A stretch of 64,000 nucleotides of DNA, taken from positions 1,216,436 through 1,280,435 of the forward strand of contig SMSO01000031.1 of the NCBI GenBank assembly GCA_004764695.1, given 5' to 3'. The position numbers were made by a program, and so were the translations under genes. Below, piece by piece: positions 9,619 to 20,655 of this stretch; position 1 is the stretch's first letter; the number at the start of each line of letters is the position of its first letter. A model generated the notes under the pieces. It saw only the letters and a list, made by a program, of their open reading frames with translations, was not told the DNA's origin and made no database searches. Source of the stretch: Schizochytrium sp. TIO01 (Eukaryota > Protista > Bigyra: Labyrinthulomycetes).

Positions 9619-10386
9619 TTGTCTTTTTGTCAAAATAAACATTGAAATATCAACGTAATTGTGTTCCTTACCCTTGCACAAATTGAAGGCTTGAACTACA
9701 ATGCTCTTTGAGATTGATAGATATTCAAGAGTAGCTTGAATTTCCGTTTTCAGCTAACAATGGCTGTTCTATAATCTATTAATGTGTATTCACTACATCC
9801 ATACTTTCATACGTTCCAGCAGTTTCTTCATCTCCTCTTTACCATAAAAACAAACAAACTATTCATGAAAAAAGAGACAACAACGAAGATCATAAAACAT
9901 CACTGTAGTCCCCTCACTAGTTTTTAAGATGAACCAAAACAGCTACCTTGGAAGCCTTAGTACTACCGAGTAGGGTATTTCTCACGTTTCGCGCAAAAAT
10001 CACTTGAACTCTTTGTGTACTTTACCACCTTAAATAGGCATATTCATACAAATATAATTGAAATGTATAAATAAGGTGGTATAATCTTCATTCACAAGGG
10101 GTGCACGCGCTAATATGATTGCTCCAGGACTATGAGGTCAATCCCGAGACAGTACCTACTTCCTCGCTGCGTGGGAGAGTTCACCCCTTAGCAAACGCAA
10201 CACCGATAGGAATCTGCATTCGATTGTGCTACGGGCCCAAACTAATTTTGCGTGCTTAGCTGTCTTTAAGTGTACGGCGAGAGTCTTGAAGTGCTTGGAG
10301 TGGACACACCATCGTCAAGGCCCCAGTGTTTACCTTCCTCACGTATATTCTGCTTGACTGGTACTAAAGCATCATCAGTACTCAGG

Positions 10387-11004
10387 ATGGCCACCGCTGA
10401 GACATGGGTAGACACTGCCGTAGAAGTTTTGGATCACCACCAGGTCCGTGATGATGTGGCTCAAGTACTTCTCTGGGAAAACCCTCTTCAATCAACCACC
10501 TATCTCTTGGCTGGGATTGGCATCTTTGTGCTGACGGAGGTCTTCAATGTGGGCATCATGATCGTTATGGGTTCCACTCTCATCTTGCAACTTCTTGTGT
10601 ACCGTTTTGCTGCATTTTTGCAAGATCGGGATATTGCATTTGAGAACGTGGATCTCCGAGAGAAAATTGTACTTACACCCGAACCTAGCGCTGTTTCAAC
10701 AACCGTAGAGATTGTTGGCGACCTTTTGCGGATTGTAGAGGAATCCATTAAAGACCTTTCGTTGACTAGCGACTACTTTCGCCTAGCACAGGGATTTTCA
10801 TTCCTTCTCTTTCTCTCAGCAGTAGGCCGTGTGCTGCCTCTTTCTGTCGTGCTTCTCATCTGTTGGGTTGGCGCATTTATTCTGCCCATGATCTATGTAC
10901 ACAATCAGGAGTTTTTTGATGGCCTTATGCAGCGTTCCTCCGAAGTTGTTCGTATGATGCTTGGAATGGGAGGTCGTCGCAAGAGGCGAAGCAAGGAGTA
11001 TTAA
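10387..11004 (+). CDS. Reticulon-domain ER-shaping protein (~205 aa)
   Basis: VLLWENPLQS followed by two long hydrophobic hairpins and a ...LPMIYVHNQEFFD tail, typical of the reticulon homology domain; first ATG 10387; basic C-terminus. Confidence 0.85.
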   Translation: MATAETWVDTAVEVLDHHQVRDDVAQVLLWENPLQSTTYLLAGIGIFVLTEVFNVGIMIVMGSTLILQLLVYRFAAFLQDRDIAFENVDLREKIVLTPEPSAVSTTVEIVGDLLRIVEESIKDLSLTSDYFRLAQGFSFLLFLSAVGRVLPLSVVLLICWVGAFILPMIYVHNQEFFDGLMQRSSEVVRMMLGMGGRRKRRSKEY

Positions 11005-11841
11005 ATATTCATTGGAAATACGTGTGCTAAGACGCTAGATTCTTGATTGGGAGCCACGGATCTTGGCAAGAGCTTGGGCTTCTGCGACACGTAGGTCTAT
11101 TCCCGTGGGCCTTGGCCATCTGTTGATTATTTGTATTGCTCAAGGTGCCTTGTCATTATTTTCTTCGGCAATGGTGAATTCGAGCTCAAATTCATTTAAA
11201 CCGTGATCATAAAACGCACTCACTTCAATGTGACTTACACTTTTCCTTTCAATTTATTGATGAAAAGGGCGAAGATACTTTACGAGGCTCATAGCGAACA
11301 AGTTCCAGTGCTGTCACTCTGTAACTTTGGATGATGAACTCTTCCTGTGTTTGCAGGGCTTGGACAAAATTTGCACTCCCTCACTCCTTTAATCCTTTGT
11401 AAGACACAGGTCAGTGTTGAAGGCAATGTTTGCGCTGTCGGCGAAGTTTACCTTTAATATATAAGTTTGCCAATATACCTGTTTCGCCGGTCCTTATTTT
11501 TATAACCCAAGCGAAAGAAAAGTTATATTGTTTACAACCATTGAATCAGTTTAAGAACTTCCTTTTGGAATGAAATCAATGACATCTCTTTTAAGGGATC
11601 AAACTTGCTCTACATTTCGTTGATGCGGAGAACATTTCTTCTTATAAATTATGCAGAGGATTTAATCTTTCATTCTTTCAATTAATTTATTTTTAAATTG
11701 CACCAAAGCAACTTGAAGAAACTATATTTTAAACTTAACAAACAAAACCAAACCAAACCAAACAAAACCATTTTTATTCAAATAAAATTGTCACAAAAAT
11801 CGATGAGATCTTAGCTTTATAAGCGTGGCCCTCCAAATCAT

Positions 11842-14546
11842 TTACTTTTCTGAGGACGACCAAAAGTACTCTCTAGACTCTCTTGTAATGAGCAGAATAA
11901 CAGCCAATAGGGTAACGAAGATATTCAGGGCTTGGGGAAATTCGCTGAAACGTGCATTGGTCTTCGTTTCGTTGATTTTATCAAGCTTTTTGCGGTAGTA
12001 ACGGGTGATTTTTCTGCACGGTGTCTTCGATCTTCTTGGTCCATAATCCATTGTAAAAGCATTGACTCGTCTAACGAGCCTAACATTTCATCCAGATTGA
12101 CGGACGTATGCTGATTAGCTTTAGTATTTGCTTCCTGTACAGCACTACCATTGCTCTGGGGATCCTCTGATCTCTCATCTCTATCTCCTGGCTTACCGCT
12201 TCCGGGCATAACAGATGAATTTGATCTGCTATTTTGTAGTGTATTGCGCAAAAGTTGTCTACCTTGGTCTGAAGTACTCCGAAATGCTAAATGCTTGCGG
12301 TCCTTGTGCAAAAGCTCCTGACAGTGTGAGCGCAGTTCAAAGTTTCGATTGATTTCCTTCTCTGCGGATTTATGACGTGCACGAACAATAAAGCTGGTTT
12401 CACTATCTAGGTCAGGCACTGTGTATGCGACGAGGGCTTTTAAGCCAATGACAAGATGCTCGACGAAAACAAGCATCATTACCTTTTCCCATGCAGTCCA
12501 GTTTCCGAACCATTCCTTTACGAACTGGGACTCTCGGAAAATTAGGCCAACAAGAGCAACATTTGTCATCACACCGAGATAGCCTACAGTCTCAAATGCG
12601 ACTACCCAAATACCGATGCCTGAGACGCGGCGACCAATACTACGTCGCTGAAATCGAAGCATCTTTAGAGCATCAGTCTTCATCTCCACCACGTTGTTCA
12701 GTAGAGCCATAAGCGGAGCGAGGGGGAAAACTGCCGCAAAAAGGGTAACTTGACTGAATTGGACCCACATTTCCAAATATTCAGGGAATAAACTTTCTTG
12801 TGGTGCTAAAACAATATTAGAGCGGCCAACCGTAGAAAGCTTTGAGCCATTTTGATCATTATCCTGCTCTTCCGAATTTTTTTTATCAACACGTACTAGT
12901 CCAACAGCACCAGCGATAATCGTCGCAATAGGCTTTCCTACCTCCAAAACTTGCCCAAGCAGTTGTTGAACTGTTAGAAGACTAGCGATCGTGCTATAGA
13001 GCTTGGTCATGTCATGTTCAAGAAATGCAATGTACAACGGCGAAACATGGTAGTTGAAGAACTGAAGCGTTACAAGCTTTACAATACGCGCATTTTCGTG
13101 AGCACTTTCGGTGCGGTGCATCTCCAGGTTTGTAAGCCACTCTGCCAAATAAGTGTTCAGGGTAGAGAATAGTTGAATGAAGCAGATATAAGCGATCATC
13201 GGCATGTGCTGAGCAACTTGGTACAGACCACCATACTCTCTAAGCGATGCTTTTGCTTCTCGATCTAAGTATAGGAATCCGGTCATGACGGCGCAAGCTG
13301 CTAGTGAAAGCCCGGTGCAGACAACAAATGAGACGACAAGAGCAGAGTAATGCTTGTAGGACGGGTAAACCCAGCGGTAGGCGTCGGCAGCTGGGTGGTA
13401 TTCACGTTTCGAGGCTTCCTTAAAGGCAGGCCTTGTTTCTTCATCGTAGCCTTCGTATTCAAGTGAGTCCCAATGAAACGCAAGTGTTGCTTCTCGACGT
13501 TTCCAATATTCAGTAAAACCAGTAGACCAAAACGCCAGAAATCCAAGATATAACAGAGTGCTGAGGTTGTCAAAACCCTGGGACGAGACCTGTGCTTGGA
13601 ACACAAAGATGCCAAGAATGGCAGCGGGGAGCAACCAGAAGGTATATGACCCTAGAAAAGCAAAGTAAAATCCACGTGCCTGTCCAAAGTATTTCATTAC
13701 CTTGTCCAAAGGCTGGGGGCCGATCGACATTATCCAGCTATTGTAAAGTTCGTCTACTTCATCTGAGTTATGAAGTGGAACAAGGTGCATGACTACACGA
13801 ATTGGGCGAGTAGTAAGCACTTTTTGTCCAAAAACTATGTTCCACATGGAGAAACCCTTGCTCTGTTGTTCTTGCTGCTGACGTGATTCAGACCCCGTAT
13901 CGTTGGAGTCTGAGGAGCTGGAGTTCCCTTTGTTTGCATCTTCAGGTTCACTAGCTGCGTCTGGGTGCTCAAAGTCATTCGCGAATGTACGCAAACCTTG
14001 CGCACTTCGGATAAGAGGGTCATTTGGGATTAGCTGCTCCAGGAGCATGAGACGCTCTCCAGATGAAAAGAACTTCTTAGGATCATCTGCGTTGGCGAAG
14101 TCAGCCTGGCGAGCAAGCGTGAATTTTGCTGTTTTCCCAATTTCCTTGCCTTCTTTCAGAGGCTTTCGAAGTTTGACACGTTCTGCTTGTTTGAACAATG
14201 TTTCGTTTTTTCCTCGCAATGCATACGCTACAGCTCCCTTTTTGCTCGAACAGACCTCACGAACTTCAATACCATTTTGCTGCAGGCGGTCGAGTACCTT
14301 TGCTGCAAGTCTGTGCTTATTTATAGTGGCCTCACCGAGGTGTGATCCTTCATCATCTTTGTCTTTGTTCTGGCTGAGCTGCGACCTACGATCGGAAGCG
14401 CCCGACAGCCGTCGGGATCTTGATTCGTCACCCTTTGGGTCCACACCCGGGGCGAACTCGAGGACGAAATCGTCTGAGTTTGATAGCGCTCTACCGCTCT
14501 GCGTCCGCTCTGGCTCGGACTTGACCACCTGAAGAACGGACTTCAT
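11842..14546 (-). CDS. Anoctamin/TMEM16 family Ca2+-activated channel or scramblase (ANO8/ANO10-like); C-terminus probably continues via a -1 shift at 12009-12013 (uncorrected ORF stops at 11925)
   Basis: QPLDKVMKYFG..GFYFAFLGSYT, EYWKRREATLAFHWD, EMHRTESAHEN, FPEYLEMWVQFSQVTLFAAVFPLAPLMALLNNVVEMKTDALK, GIGIW, VFVEH are anoctamin signatures. Confidence 0.93.
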
Positions 14547-16695
14547 CGTAGAATTTCACGCCACCAAATCTTGCAATCGGAGTTTGATGCTCTGGTGCTG
14601 TTATATGATAATCTTGATGACAAAGTCAAGATCGGTCGGTGATCAGAACGAGCCCACGAATTCCCAGTTCGGTGTCTACTACCCAGTTGCTACCGAGTCT
14701 CTGGTTTCTTCTTCGCACTGGCCGCAGCCCGTTGCAAGTCTGCGAAGCCGAGCTTCTTCTTCAGGATCCTACAGACACAGTATTGCAGAGAACAGCAATG
14801 ACCACAGTTTGTCCACAAACTTTGCGCAAGACGCCTCGGACGCGTCCAAACCCAAGACAGCTCTAATGCTGTATTTGGTATGCCGCATGCGACGCTCGCT
14901 GCGGTCACGTCGGAAGGGTTGGACTGCGGCGTGGGTGTCTATGGTCGCGCCGAGGCTCTGCTGCCTTCTTTTTGGGGGTTCCCAAAACCTGTTCTTTCTT
15001 TAGGACTAATTCGGCATCTTGAAAGTCAATTATAAATGGATATAGGATCAGGTCAGCCCAGATTAAATCAGATCAGACCATGTGCTTCGGTCTACTCCTC
15101 ATCACGGCGATAGCTACTGCTGCCAAACATCTCTGCGACGTTGATCGCTTGCATCGAAAACTCAGTGACAGACAGACCAGTTGGATTATTCACATGGAGC
15201 AGGAGGATTTGCGTAATAAATCATGATTGGAATGAATGATCCATGCGAAGGGCAAATTCTCAGTCTCCAGACACGAAGCTCTTTCAGACTCGAGCACAGC
15301 AAGCAGTATTATACGCACTCTTTACACGGGGAGTCGACGCTTTACGTGGCCAGGCTGATGCACAACTAGTATAAACTTCAACTTGTATAAACTCGCTCAG
15401 CGTCAACGTCTGTGGTGTTGTGAGTTGATCCACCCTTTACCTTAGCAATCGATCGATCAACTAATCAATCAACTGATAATGAATTTTGCTGGAGAAAACC
15501 TGCTTGCTTTGGGCAAATAGTCGAAGCACACGCTCTTGGGCGTCACATGTTCCCTTCGAAAACCTTGAGCACCGCGGTGGTGCAGAAGTAGTAGGTTTGC
15601 GATGCTCTCCGCATTGCGATCTTCGGCCCCATTCGATGACGCAGACTTTCGACGAATCTATAACAACTTTCCACCCTCCAGAGAATACTTTGATTTTAAA
15701 GGTAAATCAATTATGAAGAATAAAACGAATATGTATTCTTCTTCTTATTATTAATTTTTTATTTTTTATTGTATTGAAATAGTATGATAGGATACATGGA
15801 TTATTTTTGGAGGCAAAGTAGATCATCAACTTTATAAAGCTCCCTTTAGTACTCTTTTGACAGTCCCTAGGTTGCTCTGCAGGTATTGGTAGCGTTACGT
15901 TGCTAGTAATTGTTTTTATCTTGAAATAAAGGCAAAGTCAATGAGTAAAGTTGGAAACAGTGAAAGAAAAGATTATATACACCGCCTGGGTTGATATGGA
16001 ATCACACAAACGCAGGTATTCAAAGGCAGTTCGTCGTGTTCTCTCTCAACTTTAAAAGCCAACTTCTCCCCAGAAGCTGGTGCGCAGGATTCGGGCCCAA
16101 ATGTCACATCTGCTGGAGAATATTGATGAAGACTATGCCTCAAGTTGCCAAAACTTTACCTTCTGATGCTTAAGAACTCTTGTCCAAGTTTTAAGTGCAG
16201 TTTTTTCTCCTTCTTTTTCCCTTCTTTTCTTCTTATTTCCTCTTTCTTTCCATTCTTCCTCCAAGCTCGAGCTGAGTTAAGCTATTCATGTTGAGAGCAC
16301 ATTGTCGCTCACCAATGTCGTATCTCTATGGCCGCCATCCACGCACTCTTCGAGTCACTGGTATGCGACGGTCCAAAGTATTCATCATCGCCTCCATATC
16401 AGTCCTCAGTTGTCCAAGTTTGCTCTTATCGCAATCATCGAATCTCTTTTCGAAGTTTGCCCCCGCACTATTAGGGTTCCTAGATGTTTCCGTGTTCGTT
16501 CCTTCTCACTTTTCAGGTCCTTCACGAAGCAGCAAATACACGTTCGCGCTCGGTTTGTTTTAATACGTTGTGAAGGAGTCTGTCTCTAAGATCATTGGCC
16601 GTCTTGCAGACTTTGAGTGCATCTGTGCGCTCTCGCAGAGCTTTTGATGGATCGTCTTCAACGGTTGCGTGGGTTTCGATGAATTGCGCTGTGAA

Positions 16696-16820
16696 ATTGC
16701 AAAATGTAAAACTATGAATTCTTAAACTATAACTTCTTAAATTATAAATTGTGAAATTATAAATTGTGAAATTATAAATTGTGAAATTATAAATTGTGAA
16801 ATTATAAATTGTGAAATTGC
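16696..16820. repeat. 15-bp minisatellite (ATTATAAATTGTGAA) x5 plus 3 degenerate units
   Basis: Five exact copies at 16741-16815, preceded by attgcaaaatgtaaa / actatgaattcttaa / actataacttcttaa. Confidence 0.92.
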
Positions 16821-16849
16821 ACGATGTTCGTCCCATTCATTCAAAGCAC

Positions 16850-17200
16850 TTGCTTGTTTCCGAAGTTGAGGGAAGTTTAAAGGAAACAGAATCCATCGTC
16901 AAGACTTTGCTGGTCCCGGACGAGCAATGCAATGGCACCGTTCGTAGGTCCTACCTACGCACAAACACGAAGAAGATCATCGCTTCCGACTTTTCTCGCT
17001 TCTGTCCGGAGCTGTGAAGAAACTCATTGAGAAGGACTCTGATTTCCGATGCCTGAACATGGAATCGAAAAGGACCCATCATCTGGCCCACTTTTTTGAG
17101 GGTGTCGGCGAAAAATCCAAATTTGTAGTATTTCTTTCACGAACTGCACTTGAACTTCGTCATCGTCATCACAAAGACAAATCTGGTACATCGTGGCAGT
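16850..17200 (+). pseudogene. Possible decayed TIR-like domain fragment
   Basis: DFRCLNMES...LAHFFEGVGEKSKFVVFLSRTALE resembles the TIR betaB-alphaB-betaC segment; frameshifted against the upstream piece at ~17014. Confidence 0.3.
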
Positions 17201-17279
17201 ACGATACATCGAGAACTCCCGCTACGACCAGGTTAATCGGAGTGATGGATTTTATCGTCATACATATAGCTCGCCAGTG

Positions 17280-17312
17280 TTTCATTTTCATTTTCATTTT
17301 CATTTTCATTTT
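17280..17312. repeat. (TTTTCA)n hexamer repeat
   Basis: Seen directly. Confidence 0.85.
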
Positions 17313-18455
17313 CTTTTTTTTTTTCCTTTAAAAAAAATAGAATTTATATAAATATATAAATAACATGAATGATCACAATCATAATAAAAAAAGGTACGAA
17401 CAAAACATGGAAATGAAACCTCTCGAGGAAACTAAACAGGGGCGGGATTGTCAGCCGCTGAACAGCTTCGAGTGATAGTCGGTGCTTTATCACCTTAATT
17501 CTCCGCCCCTTGTTGCCGCTCTTGGCTGTTTCCGAAGCTGCTCGTTGCGAAGAAAGTCGACTGTAATTGCATGTACTGCCTAATGACTAAGTAGGACTCT
17601 TTACGAGAATGAATGTGCATGTTGGAGCAATTTTAGCTTTCAGGCACAGAAAAAGCATTCTTGCAATAAAATAAATGATCGTCATACGTACATATAACCT
17701 AAGTAAGTAGTAGGCATCTACCTACCTGGAACCGTAGCGAGTAAGTAATAAAGGAGTAAAGTTAATCAATCGGATTCTCAACAAACAACTTGAAAGAAAC
17801 AAATACTTTTCCTGCTCGCCAGTCCCCTTATCCGCGAGGAAGGAGAGGGTCGTTTCCGTCGGTTGGTTGGCCGGTCGGTCATTCTGGCTTCGAACCTAGT
17901 TTGCCTCCAGACTTGGTTGCAGGCGTCGGAGGCTACGTTGAGGCTCTTCGTGAAGGCTTGGACTGTTTTCATCTCAGGTTGTTGTTCTTTGTTGTGCTGC
18001 TCTCGCTGCAAGGAAAAGCGCATCGTCGTAAAAGGTGCCTGCAGTCAGTCACCAACAGCAGACGTGGAGAGCCGGCGGAGCCTGAGGAGGTTCACCTATC
18101 TCTCGCTCCTGAGAAGGGCAAGCAACTCCGGAGAGGAAATTATTGGTATCTAGCCAGCTCACGCTTGTGCTTTGTTTGCTAGTTAATTCGAAGAGAGGAA
18201 CGTTGAGTCACAGACAGACGCTTTGCGAAGCAGCAATTAAACTATATCTAATCCTCGTCAGGCCATCTCTACATTTATTGGGCCGAGCAGACCCAGGAGC
18301 AAGAGGAAGCTGGTGTGGCTCCACGGTGGTGTGAGCAAACCTGCCCCGGGAAGCTTCGTCTGAAGAGGAAACGGAAAAGTGAAGCCATCACCTCGTTGAG
18401 CCTAAAAGTTGAAGAGAACAGATCGCTTTTAGAAAAGACAATCAATTCGCATAAA

Positions 18456-19940
18456 ATGGGGCAGAATCGCAATGGCGCTGGTAAAACGCTGCAGGTAGTG
18501 ATCTGCAGCATTGCAGGTGGATTTTACTTTGGATATAACTCAGGAGTTGTAAGCGGTCTTACGAGCACGATTGTGCAATGCCATTTCTTCCCGACAGACC
18601 CAGTCTCTGTTGAAGAAACCACGATGCAGTCCACCTACCGTGGACTCTTCACAGCATGCATCCTCGTAGGTGGTATTTTGGGTGCAATTCTTGGCGTTCC
18701 ATTTGCTGACATGTTCGGTCGCCGGCTAGGTTATATTGCATGCGGTGTTATTGGCAGCATTGGCATTCTGCAAGGATTCATCGATAATTTTGCCATCCTT
18801 GTATTGATTCGCACCATCATGGGCGTTGCGGTAGGTGCCTTCTCTGTGATTGTTCCGCTCTTTGTCACAGAGACATGTCCGCCCGCTACCCGTGGTTCAA
18901 CTGGCACGATCTTTCAAGTTGCAATTTGTTTCTCAATTTTTGTGAGCCAGGCTCTCAACTATGCCATGTACCCAGAATACTCCAATGAGACCATTGATAG
19001 CATGTGCGTTCCTACATGGAAGTGGAAGTTCCAGCTTGCGCTTGGTTGCTTACCTGCTACCTTTGCCATCATTCATGGGCTTATCTGGATGCCCGAATCC
19101 AAAGATTGGCTCTACCGTCAAGGCCGAATCGACCTCACCGAGGAATTTGCACGCTCTGAGAGCCACCAAAGTCTTAATAATATGGATTCTGGTGACGTCC
19201 GACGTTTAGAAGCTCTTGATGAGTCTGCTCTTGAGACTGATCTCCCCGAACCTTTGCTCATTCGTGCACCTGCACCCGATAAAATTGGAAAGTTCACTTG
19301 GTGCGAGCTCCTTTTTTCTCAGTATGGCCTCGAATGGTCGGGTATTGGCGTCGGCTTGGCTATGTCAACGCAACTTACTGGCATCAACGCATTCATCTGC
19401 TACAGTCCTCAAATATTTAAGGACGCTGGCTTTACGAATGTGCTTGTCCTCACTGTTGTCGCGGTTGGCCTTTGGAACACTGTTAGTGTCTTTGCAGCCC
19501 TCAGCCTTGTTGATAGACTTGGTCGTCGACCCCTCATGCTGACAGCAGAAATTGGCATGACAACCTGTGCAATGATTCTCGCTGCCTCTTACTCATTTCT
19601 TGATGAGGGCACTCTCAAATCGATTGTCACAGTCGTTGGCCTTATGGGATTTATTTTCTTTTTTGAGGTGGGCCCTGGCTCTTTGTTCTTTCTAATGGCA
19701 TCTGAAACTTTTCCGCGTGTTGTTCGTTCAAAGGCACTTGTTCTGACGAACGTTTTCAACTGGATTTTTAATATTTGTGTCACATTTGGGTTTCCCATTA
19801 TTGATAAAGCCATTGGAACGAGTATGACATTTGCGCTCTTAGCCATGTTTGGTATGGCCAGTGTCACTTTTGTTTACTTTAAGATGCCCGAAACAAAGGG
19901 AGACCTTCCGCCTACACCTCTGTTGGACATATTCTCCTGA
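18456..19940 (+). CDS. MFS sugar porter family transporter (GLUT/hexose/polyol type), ~494 aa from first ATG
   Basis: GGFYFGYNSGVVSG, ADMFGRR, ETCPPATRG, MPES, QLTGINAFICYSPQIF, VDRLGRRPL, SETFPRVVRS, PETKG; about 12 hydrophobic segments. Confidence 0.95.
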   Translation: MGQNRNGAGKTLQVVICSIAGGFYFGYNSGVVSGLTSTIVQCHFFPTDPVSVEETTMQSTYRGLFTACILVGGILGAILGVPFADMFGRRLGYIACGVIGSIGILQGFIDNFAILVLIRTIMGVAVGAFSVIVPLFVTETCPPATRGSTGTIFQVAICFSIFVSQALNYAMYPEYSNETIDSMCVPTWKWKFQLALGCLPATFAIIHGLIWMPESKDWLYRQGRIDLTEEFARSESHQSLNNMDSGDVRRLEALDESALETDLPEPLLIRAPAPDKIGKFTWCELLFSQYGLEWSGIGVGLAMSTQLTGINAFICYSPQIFKDAGFTNVLVLTVVAVGLWNTVSVFAALSLVDRLGRRPLMLTAEIGMTTCAMILAASYSFLDEGTLKSIVTVVGLMGFIFFFEVGPGSLFFLMASETFPRVVRSKALVLTNVFNWIFNICVTFGFPIIDKAIGTSMTFALLAMFGMASVTFVYFKMPETKGDLPPTPLLDIFS

Positions 19941-20655
19941 GCAATCAGCCTTTCTATTTTGCACACAATCACGCCCTCACACTGGATCTCATCTGCGAAT
20001 AATTTGCTAGTTTCTGCCACCTGTGCTCAATTTCTTATACCAAGAGCTTCGCAGATTGCCGCGGAGTGTGTTTCAAATGTGATTGTAATGACCACCGATG
20101 CATAGTTTGGCTTGTGCGATCATTCGAATTTTACCTCCCGATTACACTACCACTTCGTGTTTGTACTACTACAGTTGTTTCGTAATTTTTTATAATTGAA
20201 GGTATATTTCTCATTTCTTTTCTACACAGTATCATGCATTTTAACATGCGCTTTTCAAAAAATATAAAATCAGTGAAAATTTGTGCAGATCTGTAACGAA
20301 GTGTTTCAGCCTCGCCTAACCCCTAATTATAAAAAATGCCGTTCGCTCTACAGCTTTCAAAATACACATAGGAATCGATCTTTGGAATATATATTGTTTA
20401 GTATTCAATCAATCTATATAAAAATATGAATTTCAAATAGAAAAAAGTAGTTATTCCAAGTCTTCGAAGAGCAAATTGCCTTTGAGCAAAGGCTGCTCCT
20501 ATACTAAGACACTCAATCAGGAGGAGTAGGAAAGACGTTCTTTCCTCTGACATAGCTTAGTTTGAATGAAGTCCAGACGGGGAGAAGATGATAGAAAATC
20601 TTGTTGTCCTATTACTATAATTATTAAAAATGGAGGATCAAAACTGAAGACTCTA

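Noticed and set aside
14584-15003. 139-aa + strand ORF
   Set aside because: Antisense to the anoctamin leader/promoter region; no recognisable domain.
16741-16815. Short tandem arrays as CRISPR (also 28601-28660)
   Set aside because: No unique spacers, no cas genes, eukaryotic DNA.
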